Shown here piece by piece: positions 7,191-16,928 of a DNA stretch of 64,000 nt (positions are counted from its first letter, which is position 1; the number at the start of each line of letters is the position of its first letter). This DNA comes from Desulfobacterales bacterium (GTDB lineage: Bacteria > Desulfobacterota > Desulfobacteria > Desulfobacterales > UBA11574). Location of the stretch: contig JAQYVT010000006.1 of assembly GCA_030145345.1 (NCBI GenBank), positions 107-64,106 of the forward strand, written 5' to 3'. A program made the translations under genes and the position numbers. The notes beneath the pieces are model-generated. The model searched no databases and had not been told where the DNA came from. It worked only from the letters and a program-made list of their open reading frames with translations.

Positions 7191-9200
7191 TTAAAATTCA
7201 GCCGAAATCCCTGCAAGAAAGTTGATCTTTGGCGAAGGATAATACGCCTCCTCCCATGGAGAACTAAACGTGCTCAGAACGCCGTATTCCGAATATTCTT
7301 CATTGGTTAAGTTGTTGATATTTAAAAAGGCGGTTAGGTTTTTCCAGCGATATTTTAGTTTTGTGTTCAGAACGATATAATCGTCCTGCTCATCAAAGGC
7401 ATTTGCAAAATCACTCACAAACGGTCGTTCACCCACCCAATACCCGTTGACATTTAAGGTAAAGCCATACCCCAGAGAAAACAAGGTGTTTATGGTCGCT
7501 TTGTGTCTGGGGACGTTGGGGAATTTACTTCCATCATAATTGCCGCCGATGATTTCTGCATCCGTATACGTATAGCTCCCGCTCAATGTCATTTTTTTAT
7601 AAACTTTGCTGAGAACCACTTCCACGCCGTCCCGCCGGGTTTTTCCGTCCAGATTCACATTGGCGCCAAAGAATCCGCTGGCCGGGTCGTAAAGAATTTC
7701 ATCTTTCGTATCGATGTAAAAGAGATTCACATGTGCGAACAGGCTGGGTGTGAAATAATACCGAACACCGAGTTCATAATCGTCGGATGTTTGGGGCATC
7801 AGATCTGTATTTATGGTATTTGTATAAAAGTTGAACAGTTCATCCAGGACCGGATATCTGAAGCTGTGTGAAAAACTGAAATATGCATACGATTTTTTAT
7901 AAAAATTGTAATTGATACCGGCCGTGTAAAGATTCTCACTCATTTCAGTGGAATCCGGCGTGCTAGGCTTAAATTTAAATTTTGCTTTATCATACCGATA
8001 TCCGCCGGAAATGGAAAGACTGTCCAAAAGGTAGATTTCGTCATGGATGTAAAGCCCGTAGTTTTCCTTTTCCAGTTCAAACATCCCAACATCCGGATAA
8101 CCCAGGTACATGGTCGTGTTGGTGATATCTTCAGCAGCATTTTCGAAGTCCAGACCAAAAGTTAAACTGTTGTTGAATCCATATATCTTTTCTTTGAAAA
8201 CAAACTGGGGGGAAACTGCAAAGGTTTCAATGCCGGTATCCCCTTCATAGGTCCCGCCGGAAAATGAGCTAAAGAACAGTGAACTTCTATCTCTATAAGA
8301 AAAATCGACCTTAAACAGACTGTCATTCAAAAAGTATATTTCCGGCGCCAGTTTTACATAGTAATCCTTAACGTCGGCATAATCGTCCGGATGCAGGGTA
8401 TCTGTTCTCGAATAGCCATTTTCAAATTCGCTCTTTTTTATGGCGCCGGGCAAGCCGGTGTCGTCTTTATGATAGCCGCCGCTCAACTTGATTTTCATCC
8501 GGTCACCCACATAATACCCCAGATCGGCGCCCACGTCCCCGGCTTCGGTATCGCCGTTATCCCTGTATCCGTCGGAATTAAGATAACTCCCGGATATATC
8601 AAATGTTAAGTTGTTCGAAGATCCGCTGGCGGACGCACTCGCTCTGATCGTGTTATAACTTCCGGCGACCACCTCTGCATCGGTTTTAAATTCTTTTCCT
8701 TCCTTTGTTATAATATTGATCACTCCGCCGCCGGCGTTGTCGCCATAAAGGACGCTTCCTCTTCCGCCCCGGATGACTTCGATTCTCTCGACTCTGTTCA
8801 GAGAGAGCAGCGTCCAGTCGCTGCCACTCAGATCCGGTTGGTTGACTCGGCGTCCATCGACCAGTACCAGTGTGTTCAGCGTTGCGGTCTCTCCGAAACC
8901 CCGCAAATCGACGGTGTAGTTTCGTTGATTTCCGGCAATATCATTGACTTGAATACCGGCTTGGGTTCTCAAAAGATCCGGAATGTTGCGGGCGGTTGAG
9001 TTTTTAATGTCATTTTCAGTAATTACGGATACATTCGCCGGCACAGACGAAATTTTCTCCGCCTGTCGGGTGGCGGTCACCACCACTTCTTCCAGGGTTG
9101 TTTCCGACGCTTCATCCTTTTTTTCATCTTCTGCCTGACTGAATCCCGGGAGTATTAAAGCGATAAAAATAACCCAACAAACGATCCATCTTTTCATCAT
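7191..9200 (-). CDS. TonB-dependent outer-membrane receptor, probably for cobalamin/corrinoid (BtuB-like)
   Basis: Signal peptide, TonB box-like TLEEVVVTATR, plug plus beta-barrel, and terminal aromatic residue (..ISAEF). Lies directly downstream of a cobalamin riboswitch. Confidence 0.85.
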   Translation of the reverse strand: MMKRWIVCWVIFIALILPGFSQAEDEKKDEASETTLEEVVVTATRQAEKISSVPANVSVITENDIKNSTARNIPDLLRTQAGIQVNDIAGNQRNYTVDLRGFGETATLNTLVLVDGRRVNQPDLSGSDWTLLSLNRVERIEVIRGGRGSVLYGDNAGGGVINIITKEGKEFKTDAEVVAGSYNTIRASASASGSSNNLTFDISGSYLNSDGYRDNGDTEAGDVGADLGYYVGDRMKIKLSGGYHKDDTGLPGAIKKSEFENGYSRTDTLHPDDYADVKDYYVKLAPEIYFLNDSLFKVDFSYRDRSSLFFSSFSGGTYEGDTGIETFAVSPQFVFKEKIYGFNNSLTFGLDFENAAEDITNTTMYLGYPDVGMFELEKENYGLYIHDEIYLLDSLSISGGYRYDKAKFKFKPSTPDSTEMSENLYTAGINYNFYKKSYAYFSFSHSFRYPVLDELFNFYTNTINTDLMPQTSDDYELGVRYYFTPSLFAHVNLFYIDTKDEILYDPASGFFGANVNLDGKTRRDGVEVVLSKVYKKMTLSGSYTYTDAEIIGGNYDGSKFPNVPRHKATINTLFSLGYGFTLNVNGYWVGERPFVSDFANAFDEQDDYIVLNTKLKYRWKNLTAFLNINNLTNEEYSEYGVLSTFSSPWEEAYYPSPKINFLAGISAEF

Positions 9201-9242
9201 TGTCCTCCTTCCCTAAATTAGGTTTCATTTAGGGTCCGGGGC

Positions 9243-9512
9243 AAAAAAAACCCCGGACCGAATTTAATCGATCCGGGGATGTCCCATTTTTATCCTCAAG
9301 ATCCTTCTGGCAAACCTCAGTCCACGGTAGTTGTGCCATCTGTTCAGACAGGTTTTCTGACTTCCCCCCCCTTTTAGCAGCCTTCCCATCCATATTCGAC
9401 AGTGGCGCACAGAGGCCAAAAGGGGTCCCTTTACCCAATGGTGTTGGAAAAGGGTAGAGTTACAGCGGCGGGCCCGTCCCCGATTTTAACGGGGTTCCCT
9501 ATAAAGCTCAAA
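9243..9512 (-). promoter_or_regulatory. cobalamin riboswitch with intrinsic terminator
   Basis: Minus strand reads GGGAACCCCGTTAAAATCGGGGACGGGCCCGCCGCTGTAAC (B12-box core). The expression platform is CCCCGGA-N14-TCCGGGG followed by T8 (9243-9278). Confidence 0.88.
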
Positions 9513-9579
9513 TCGAGCATCTGAACAAAACAAAAAAACATTTAGAACAAATGATCCGGTTACGTCAAGAAAAATTTTT

Positions 9580-9846
9580 GGATCATCTCCCGATTCGTTG
9601 GGGTTGATTCAGGTAAAATAAGTGTATCATTTCCAATTGAGCAAGGGTGATTATAAAGGGTTCAAGGATTCCAGGGTTCGAGGGTTCGAGTGACCCGCCA
9701 CAAAAACAGGCGGATAAAAATGCTAAAAATTTACAAATTATAGCTGAAAAAAAGCATCGCAAAAATCGAAAGAATCTTAAAGGCATGGATTAAGTTATTA
9801 GAAAACAAACCCTTGGATCCTTGAATCCTCTTCTCCAACTTAATCC
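9580..9846 (+). mobile_element. TIR element with four-helix-bundle gene relic, copy C
   Basis: Left end is GGATCATCTCCCGATTCGTTGGGG. Interior holds a heptamer array (9658-9690), hairpin CCGCC-N-GGCGG (9693-9714) and relic ...IAKIERILKAWIKLLENKPLDP* (to 9823). The right end is shortened (TTCTCCAACTTAATCC). Flanks are AAATTTTT / AAATTTAT (7/8). Confidence 0.7.
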
Positions 9847-9892
9847 AAATTTATTTTTTCCTGGAAAACCTTGTCCTCAGGACCTGGGCTCT

Positions 9893-10960
9893 TCACCCTT
9901 TATCTGCAACGCCGGCTTCCTCAAACGTCAATACTTCATTAAAGACGCGAACCGCACCTTCCATGATACTCATGGCCAACGCACCGCCGGTGCCTTCACC
10001 CAGGCGCATCCCGAGGTCGAGAATCGGTTCTATCCCCAGGTATTTTAACATCACGCCGTGGCCGGCTTCTTCAGAGCGGTGTCCTGCAAAAATATAATCG
10101 ATGACCCTGGGGCAAAGAGTATGGGCGATCAAGGCGGAAGCTGTTGAAATGAAGCCGTCAATGACCACCGGACGGCCATAAAATGCTCCGGCCAAAACAC
10201 ATCCGGCAATCCCGCCGATCTCGAAACCGCCGACCTTGGCCAAAACATCCAGCCCGTCATCAGCATCCGGCCGGTTGACTTGAATTCCTTTTTTTACGAT
10301 GTCTTGTTTTATTCGAAGACCTTTGTTGTCAACACCGGTACCCCGGCCGACCATTTCTTCAGGGCTTAGGCCGGTGACAACACTTCCAATGGCTGCAGAG
10401 GGGGTGGTGTTTCCAATTCCCATATCGCCGGTGCCCAAAATTTCAAAACCTTTATGAAAAAGATCGGCGGCCAGTCGAAATCCGGTTAAAATAGATTTTT
10501 CAGCATCATCTCGCGACATGGCCGGACCCTTAACAAAGCTGGAGGTTCCTTGGGAAATTTTCTGGACGAACAGCCGATCCCCGCCGTCCAGTGATGCCGG
10601 GTCCAGCTGGGGGATAATACCCATATCCACCACCCAGACGTCCGCGCCGACGTGCCGGGATATGGCGTTGATTCCCGCACCGCCTTTTAAAAATGTTTGC
10701 ACCATGGCACCGGTCACCTCTTGGGGATACGCGCTGACACCTTCACTCGCAACCCCGTGATCTCCGGCCATCACCAAAACGGCCTTGCGCTTCACTGAAG
10801 GTTCAAGGGTCTTCTGGATGCCGCAAAGTCGTTCCGAAACTTCATGAAGCCTTCCCAGGGCCCGGGTCGGCATGACCAGTTGAGACGTTCGTTCACGGGC
10901 CTTTTGGATCCATGTCGTGTCCACCGGTTTGATTCCGTTTAAAATTTCTTCCAATTTCAT
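9893..10960 (-). CDS. cobT: nicotinate-nucleotide--dimethylbenzimidazole phosphoribosyltransferase
   Basis: Full-length CobT-like protein (GDMGIGNTT motif). Start moved to ATG 10960, 8 nt after AAGGAG; the track start at 10969 is a GTG inside the RBS. Confidence 0.92.
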   Translation of the reverse strand: MKLEEILNGIKPVDTTWIQKARERTSQLVMPTRALGRLHEVSERLCGIQKTLEPSVKRKAVLVMAGDHGVASEGVSAYPQEVTGAMVQTFLKGGAGINAISRHVGADVWVVDMGIIPQLDPASLDGGDRLFVQKISQGTSSFVKGPAMSRDDAEKSILTGFRLAADLFHKGFEILGTGDMGIGNTTPSAAIGSVVTGLSPEEMVGRGTGVDNKGLRIKQDIVKKGIQVNRPDADDGLDVLAKVGGFEIGGIAGCVLAGAFYGRPVVIDGFISTASALIAHTLCPRVIDYIFAGHRSEEAGHGVMLKYLGIEPILDLGMRLGEGTGGALAMSIMEGAVRVFNEVLTFEEAGVADKG

Positions 10961-10983
10961 ATGATTCACTCCTTTTCGTTAAC

Positions 10984-11208
10984 AAAAAAATCCCCAAGCG
11001 ATAATCGCTTGAGGATTTGCCATCTCCCCAAAGACAAAACTCAATGGCAGGTCTTCTGACTTTCGGATCGTTCTACTGGCCGCGCCTTCCCACCGACCTG
11101 AGGGTCGGCAGTGACGTATTGCGGCGTTGGTCCTCGATCACAGCGGCGGGTCCGTACCGGATTTTCACCGGTTTCCCTGTTCGCCCATTGGGCACCATTA
11201 AGTTGCAT
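10984..11208 (-). promoter_or_regulatory. cobalamin riboswitch with intrinsic terminator
   Basis: Minus strand reads CAGGGAAACCGGTGAAAATCCGGTACGGACCCGCCGCTGTG. Terminator is CAAGCGA-TTA-TCGCTTG plus T7 (10984-11017), just upstream of the cobT RBS. Confidence 0.88.
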
Positions 11209-11467
11209 CGTTAATTGTTTCAATTCAAATAGATTAACATGAATATCTTGTCAATATTTTTCCATGTTCGATCTTCAAAATCGAAAACGTCTCGCCGGAT
11301 ACGGAAACAATTCCGAAAAATATTTATATTTGAGAATAAAAAACCATTGTGTTTAGATGTGAAATACGATCAATCATATAAATATTTTAATTTTTTTATG
11401 GAATGCGTTTTTAAAAAGTTTCGGGAAATTTCTTTTTGAGAAATTCGGTCCAAGGAGGAATGAAATT

Positions 11468-12913
11468 ATGGTGGGTATTACATCCTACGGTGCTTACATA
11501 CCCTGGTACAGATTGAATCGCAAAATTATTTTTGAACAGTTTGGATGGTTCAATCCCGCAACGGCCGGTGTGGCAGTCGGCGAAAAAGCAGTTGCAAATT
11601 ATGATGAAGATACATTAACGATGGCTGTTTCCGCTGCTGTTGACTGCCTGACCAACGAAGATCGAGATTCCCTATACGGGCTGTTTTTAGCGTCCACGTC
11701 GCTTCCGTTCGCTGAACGGCAAAATTCAGTCATCGTTTCCGAAGCCCTTGATCTGGATTCAGGCATTCGAACGGCGGATTTCAGCGGCTCGATCCGGTCG
11801 GGAACATCGGCCCTTCTCTGCGCATTGGATGGTGTAAAAAACAAGAGAAGAATACTGGTATGTGCCGGCGACAACCGGATGGGGAAACCCGGAAGCTCTC
11901 AGGAACATACCTTTGGCGACGGTGCGGCCGCCCTTTTGGTGGGGAATGAAGGTGTCATCGCAGCGTTCAAGGGAGGCTATTCGGTTTCTCGGGACTTTAT
12001 CGACCATCGACGGACATCCATGGATAAATTCGGGTACGGCTGGGAGGAGAGATGGATCCGTGATGAAGGCTACGCAAAAATTATTCCTGAAGCGGCCCTG
12101 GGACTGATTCAAAAATATCATTTGAATGTCGGTGATTTTGCCAAGATTGTCATTGCATGCCCTGTTGCCGGCGCGCTCAAAGGATTGGTCAAAACATTGG
12201 GCGCGAGTCCGGATCAAATTCAGGACAATTTAATGGCCGATGTCGGGGATACCGGTACCGCCATGCCGCTGATGATGCTCGTAGCGGCACTCGAGGATGC
12301 AAAACCCGGAGACAAGATTCTCGTTCTCAGTTACGGCAGCGGAAGCGATGCCCTCTTTTTCGAGGCGACCGATGAGATCAAAAACGTTCAAAAAGAGAGA
12401 AAAGGCATCAAGGGCCATTTGGCCGAAAGAAATGACTTGCCCGTTTACAGCAAATATCTCGTCTTTAGAAACATGATTCCGTTGGATGTGGGGATTCGCG
12501 GAGAAGATATTTCCCCCACGGCCATGAGTGTCCTTTGGCGGGAAGGCAAGTGCGTTTCAGCCCTTGTGGGCTCGAAATGCCAGGCATGCGGTACGCCCCA
12601 GTACCCCCCACAGCGCGTATGTGTAAATCCCGATTGCGGCGTCATTGACCATATGGAAGATTTCCGTTTCTCAGACAAGATCGGAACCCTGACGTCGTAT
12701 ACCGGCGACAATCTGGCCTTTAGCTGGGACCCTCCCCAGATTTACGGGTTGGTGGATTTTAAAGAAGGGGGACGGTTATTTCTTGACCTGACCGATTGTT
12801 CACTGGACACGATTAACGTCGGGATGCCGGTTTCAATGCGCTTTCGCAGAAAATATTCGGATCCGCAAAGGGGATTTTTCGGTTATTTTTGGAAGGCGGT
12901 GCCCTTTAAGTGA
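11468..12913 (+). CDS. HMG-CoA-synthase-like thiolase-fold domain fused to a DUF35 Zn-ribbon/OB-fold domain
   Basis: The N-terminal ~345 aa align by eye with archaeal-type HMGCS (GITSYGAYIPWYR..., VLSYGSGSDA). The C-terminus has C371-x2-C374...C385-x4-C390 plus an OB-fold-like tail. RBS is AAGGAGGA. Confidence 0.7.
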   Translation: MVGITSYGAYIPWYRLNRKIIFEQFGWFNPATAGVAVGEKAVANYDEDTLTMAVSAAVDCLTNEDRDSLYGLFLASTSLPFAERQNSVIVSEALDLDSGIRTADFSGSIRSGTSALLCALDGVKNKRRILVCAGDNRMGKPGSSQEHTFGDGAAALLVGNEGVIAAFKGGYSVSRDFIDHRRTSMDKFGYGWEERWIRDEGYAKIIPEAALGLIQKYHLNVGDFAKIVIACPVAGALKGLVKTLGASPDQIQDNLMADVGDTGTAMPLMMLVAALEDAKPGDKILVLSYGSGSDALFFEATDEIKNVQKERKGIKGHLAERNDLPVYSKYLVFRNMIPLDVGIRGEDISPTAMSVLWREGKCVSALVGSKCQACGTPQYPPQRVCVNPDCGVIDHMEDFRFSDKIGTLTSYTGDNLAFSWDPPQIYGLVDFKEGGRLFLDLTDCSLDTINVGMPVSMRFRRKYSDPQRGFFGYFWKAVPFK

Positions 12914-12982
12914 AGAATCCGGGCCAAGAGGACCCGGCTTTTGGTTCACCCAATAGGGGTGAAGCTACCGTATATGCCGGCC

Positions 12983-13057
12983 GGAATGATGGCGTGCCGG
13001 AGTCGTGGGGCAAAAGCATGGCGTGATGGAGTATTGGAGTAATGGGCTGAAAAAAAT
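12983..13057. repeat. TGGAGTNN-type repeat, copy 1
   Basis: GGAATGATGGCGTGCCGGAGTCGTGGGGCAAAAGCATGGCGTGATGGAGTATTGGAGTAATGGGCTGAAAAAAAT is about 90% identical to 52071-52145. Confidence 0.7.
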
Positions 13058-13133
13058 GGCGCATTTGTCTTGTTGTTCCATAACCGTTAGGTAATACAAA
13101 AGATGAAAAGAACCGTACGGGAGGATACCCAAG

Positions 13134-14336
13134 ATGGCAAAAGGCATCAAAAACGAAGTCGCAATCATCGGCATGGGCTGCACCAAGTTCGGTGAATTGT
13201 GGCAAAAAAGTGCATCCGATTTGATCGTTGACGCATATCTGGAAGCGGTCGAAGATGCGGGAATCGACAAAAATGACATCGATGCCGCCTGGTTTGGCAC
13301 CTGCTTTGATGAGGTCAATGTGGGAAAAAGCGGATTGACACTTTCAAAGGCCTTAAAATTGCCTTTTATACCGGTAACGAGAGTGGAAAATTTCTGTACA
13401 AGCGGTACGGAGTCGTTTCGCGGCGCTTGTTATGCCGTGGCATCCGGATCCTGTGATATTGCCCTGGCTTTGGGTGTTGAAAAACTCAAAGACACCGGAT
13501 ACGGCGGCCTGCCCGATTTCGGGAATTTGTTGGGACTGGAAAATAGGAGCACGTTTCCCAATATGACGGCCCCCGGCGGTTTTGCCATGATGGCAACAAC
13601 CTATTTTGCCAAATACGGACTTTCTCCCGAAGCGGGGAAAAGGGCTCTGGCCCATGTATCGTCCAAAAGCCACCATAACGGCACCCTCCATCCAAAGGCA
13701 CACTTGAGAAAAGAAATCTCCATCGAAAAAGTCATGAAGGCGCCGATTATCGCCTGGCCGTTGGGGCTTTTTGATTGCTGTGGTGTGAGCGACGGGGCCG
13801 CATGCGCGGTCGTATGCCGCGCCGATATGGCCAAAAATTTCAGAGTTGATCCGATTTATGTTAAATCTCTTCAGATTGCCGTGACTTCCGGTGAAGAGAT
13901 GGCACACCAGCGCTGGGATTGTGCACATGTGGAAACGACGTGTCGAGCGGGAATAAACGCCTACAAGGAAGCCGGGATAACCCACCCGCGAGAAGAGATC
14001 GGCATGATGGAGCTTCATGACTGCTTTTCCATTACAGAATTCGTGACATACGAAGACCTTCAGATATCTCCCAGGGGCAGGGCAAGAGACGATGTGGAAT
14101 CCGGTTTTTTCGACCTTGACGGAAAAATTCCTTGTCAGACGGACGGGGGATTGAAATGTTTCGGCCATCCCATTGGTGCATCGGGCCTGAGGATGATCTA
14201 TGAAGTCTATAAACAACTTCAGGGAAGGGCGGATCGACGGCAGATCAGAAATCCAAGGTTGGGTCTTACGCATAATCTGGGGGGATTCCCCTGTATGTCG
14301 GTTGCGAGCGTCGGAATATTCGGAAATGAGCTTTGA
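13134..14336 (+). CDS. thiolase (archaeal / SCP-x type acetyl-CoA acetyltransferase-like)
   Basis: Nucleophile context VENFC88TSGT, plus C-terminal HDCF and CFGHPIGASG motifs. RBS is GGGAGGA. Confidence 0.85.
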   Translation: MAKGIKNEVAIIGMGCTKFGELWQKSASDLIVDAYLEAVEDAGIDKNDIDAAWFGTCFDEVNVGKSGLTLSKALKLPFIPVTRVENFCTSGTESFRGACYAVASGSCDIALALGVEKLKDTGYGGLPDFGNLLGLENRSTFPNMTAPGGFAMMATTYFAKYGLSPEAGKRALAHVSSKSHHNGTLHPKAHLRKEISIEKVMKAPIIAWPLGLFDCCGVSDGAACAVVCRADMAKNFRVDPIYVKSLQIAVTSGEEMAHQRWDCAHVETTCRAGINAYKEAGITHPREEIGMMELHDCFSITEFVTYEDLQISPRGRARDDVESGFFDLDGKIPCQTDGGLKCFGHPIGASGLRMIYEVYKQLQGRADRRQIRNPRLGLTHNLGGFPCMSVASVGIFGNEL

Positions 14337-14509
14337 CCGGGACGCGAGCACTTCGTACAATTGAATTGCGCGTCAGCCACCCCCGGATTCATTGCCCAGC
14401 TAGGGCCCGGTAGTTAAACCAAAGCGGGCAGTGCGGACCGGATGCTGCGTGCTGTGGGGGCTGAGAGAGAAAACCCTCAGCGACCCGATTATACCGGAAC
14501 CATTATATT

Positions 14510-14821
14510 TCAAAACGTTAGAACTTTATCCGCTTTCATAGACAATTCATAGAGATCATCCATCCAGGCAATAGGGCAAGTGCTCGATCCCTCCAGACCG
14601 TGGGATTTCATACACACCCCTCAGACGTAAAAATCGCCTTCATATTGGTTTATCTGCTCGATTATATTGAACTGTTCAGTGCTGCTTTGTTCAAAAAGAA
14701 CTCCTTTCCCAAGCATAAACACACTTACGTCATCTCCTTTTTTGACGGCGACGTTGGCTAACCGGATGGCATTGTAAGCAGTTTCCGCATCATCTGTAGA
14801 AATAATGAATAGAACATTCAT
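14510..14821 (-). CDS. DsrE/DsrF-like protein, predicted selenoprotein (in-frame UGA at 14621-14623)
   Basis: The 66-aa track ORF ends ...GDFYV-TGA. The same frame continues GVCMKSHGLEGSSTCPIAWMDDLYELSMKADKVLTF-TGA (stop 14510-14512). The UGA sits where DsrE-like proteins have the first Cys of the C-x2-C motif. A hairpin follows at 14587-14606. Confidence 0.65.
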
Positions 14822-14916
14822 GGCACGCCCCTTCTTATTCGAAATTATTTTTTAAGAGCACGGCCCAAAGCCAACCCGACGTTTTGGATGCCGGCGGCGT
14901 CCAAAAAGGTCCGTGT

Positions 14917-15858
14917 TCAGTGTTTTATAAAGCTTTCATGCTTTGTCGAGGAAACAACACATTCTGTCATAATGGCCTCAATCTGCTGATCTTTTTCATG
15001 CCAAAGTTGATTGACCCATTGTTGAATTTTTTGCCGGAAAGCTTTGTCTTCCTCATAATTCACACCCACGACATTCTCAGGAATGGGTAAGATCTTCACC
15101 CGCACCGTTATCCGGGGAATATTTCCAGTCAATAAATCCCAAAAATGCACCGGAGGTTCATTTTCCGGATAAACGATAGTAACGTCTAATACGTTTGACA
15201 AAATATCTCCCATACTGGAAAAAACCAAGGCAACTCCGCCTGCTCTTGGCAACAGGAGGTGAAGGTAAGGGGAGTTTTGTTTTTGATGTTTTTGAAAATC
15301 AAATCGGGTTCCCTCTAAAAAATTCATTACGGAAACCGGGAAACTTTTGAATTTTTCACAAGATTTTCGGGTCGCTTCCAAATCTTTCCCCCGAAGTTCA
15401 GGATGTTTTGCCAAAAACTGACGGGAATATCGTTTTAAAAACGGAAAATCCAATGCCCACCATGCCATGCCCAGAAGGGGAACCCAAATCAGCTCTTTTT
15501 TTAAGAAAAACTTGAGAAAGGGGATGCGGTGTTTAAAGATATGTTGAAGCACGAAGATGTCCGCCCATGAACGGTGATTGCTGACCACCAAGTAGGATCT
15601 CTTGGAATTGAGGTGTTCAATCCCCTGTACATCCCAGTGCACCTTATGCGTAATCCGAAAAAGGAAACTATTGCCTTCGATCCATAATGTTGCAATGAGG
15701 ATCAGTAGCCGCGAAATTTGATCTCTTATCCCAGCATGAGGGATAATTAATTTTATAAAGACAAATAGGAATAAAATGGAACACCACAATATTGTGTTGA
15801 GACTCAAGAATAGTAGTGAAAGTCCTCCTACCACAGACGATGGCAATGAATTCAACAT
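14917..15858 (-). CDS. lysophospholipid acyltransferase family protein (YihG-like)
   Basis: N-terminal TM segments, acyltransferase H-x4-D block (VVSNHRSWADIFVL), and a length similar to E. coli YihG. Confidence 0.75.
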   Translation of the reverse strand: MLNSLPSSVVGGLSLLFLSLNTILWCSILFLFVFIKLIIPHAGIRDQISRLLILIATLWIEGNSFLFRITHKVHWDVQGIEHLNSKRSYLVVSNHRSWADIFVLQHIFKHRIPFLKFFLKKELIWVPLLGMAWWALDFPFLKRYSRQFLAKHPELRGKDLEATRKSCEKFKSFPVSVMNFLEGTRFDFQKHQKQNSPYLHLLLPRAGGVALVFSSMGDILSNVLDVTIVYPENEPPVHFWDLLTGNIPRITVRVKILPIPENVVGVNYEEDKAFRQKIQQWVNQLWHEKDQQIEAIMTECVVSSTKHESFIKH

Positions 15859-16083
15859 AATAACTTTTCCCCGTAGCCAGAAAGCTTAATTCGGTTATTC
15901 GGGTCGGACCCAACTATTATACTAAAAAATCATACTAAACACGCCATTTCGGGCGGCTATTAAGCCTTAGCGTGCTCATTTTTCCATCAAAATCGTTGCT
16001 GTAAGACCCCTCACTCTCTTTAAGCCCATAAACATCTCCGGTTCTGACAACCTTTCTTCCGACTTTTAGGCAATCTCAGGTAG

Positions 16084-16123
16084 CAGTTCACAGGGTTCAG
16101 GGTCCGGGTTCAAGCTTCAGAGT
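16084..16123. repeat. GGGTTCA-type heptamer array
   Basis: CAGTTCACAGGGTTCAGGGTCCGGGTTCAAGCTTCAGAGT..., preceded by a TTTTAGGCAA unit. It abuts the stop of the CbiR-like gene. Confidence 0.5.
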
Positions 16124-16915
16124 TCAGGGCCCGTATTTTTCTAAAAAATTTAGTGAAGCTTTTAAATGATCGAATGAAAAGACCTCCAACGATACAACGC
16201 CTTCAAACTGTTTTAACAACTTAATGACGGTTTCTGCATCTTTTTTTGTCAACCGGTCCAACGGCAGATGGTCTTGATGATTGTCGACGCCGTGAAGATG
16301 CAAAATGGGCGTTCTTTTTTTATATTTGTTGAAAACAGTTACCGGGTCGAACCCGTATAACATCAGATGGCCCACGTCGATACAGACGGACAGATTAAAA
16401 TCCATCAAGATTTTTTCCACCCAATCCAGCGGGTAAGACAGGGTTTCAATGGATAACATTTCTCCGTTGATTCCGGCTGAAACCAGTTTATTTATACTGG
16501 TGTCAAGACGGTCCAGCCAGCCTTTGATCTTGTCACCGTCACCGCCGGCTTCGTCGTATGGAAGATGAAGCGTGTAAGTGCTGGGAGAGAGCGTCGCCGT
16601 AAGATCTATGACCTGTTTTACGGTTTCCAAAGCAAATTGCCGAATGGACCGTTCAGGGGCGCCCAGGGAAATATCGATGGGCAGATGAATGTTATAGGTC
16701 AGATCGAATTCATTGGCCAAAGAGAAAAGCTGTTTTACCGCATGAATGGATGGCAGACTGCCGGGGGTGCTTTCAAACAAAATAAGTTCGATTTCATCGA
16801 GATACGGGGCCAGCACTTTAACATTCTGTACATAGCCGTCCGGATAAATGAACGAGGTGGTTCCAATCTTAAAAGAAAATGCACCTTTATAGGATTTTGG
16901 AAGGGTAGGGTGCAT
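16124..16915 (-). CDS. xylose-isomerase-like TIM-barrel protein, possible cobamide-remodelling phosphodiesterase (CbiR-like)
   Basis: 263 aa with His/Asp/Glu-rich motifs typical of the AP-endonuclease-2 / sugar-phosphate-isomerase fold (LHLHGVDNHQDH, CIDVGH). Starts 13 nt downstream of cobS in the same operon. The CbiR assignment rests on context only. Confidence 0.5.
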   Translation of the reverse strand: MHPTLPKSYKGAFSFKIGTTSFIYPDGYVQNVKVLAPYLDEIELILFESTPGSLPSIHAVKQLFSLANEFDLTYNIHLPIDISLGAPERSIRQFALETVKQVIDLTATLSPSTYTLHLPYDEAGGDGDKIKGWLDRLDTSINKLVSAGINGEMLSIETLSYPLDWVEKILMDFNLSVCIDVGHLMLYGFDPVTVFNKYKKRTPILHLHGVDNHQDHLPLDRLTKKDAETVIKLLKQFEGVVSLEVFSFDHLKASLNFLEKYGP

Positions 16916-16928
16916 AAAAATTAATCGC

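Noticed and set aside
14440-14505. THI-box-like string on the plus strand (GGGGCTGAGAGAGAAAACCCTCAGCGACCCGATTATACCGG).
   Set aside because: It lacks the P3 stem and the 3' GCGTAGGGAA-type segment of TPP riboswitches. It also lies between convergent genes, with nothing downstream on the plus strand to regulate.
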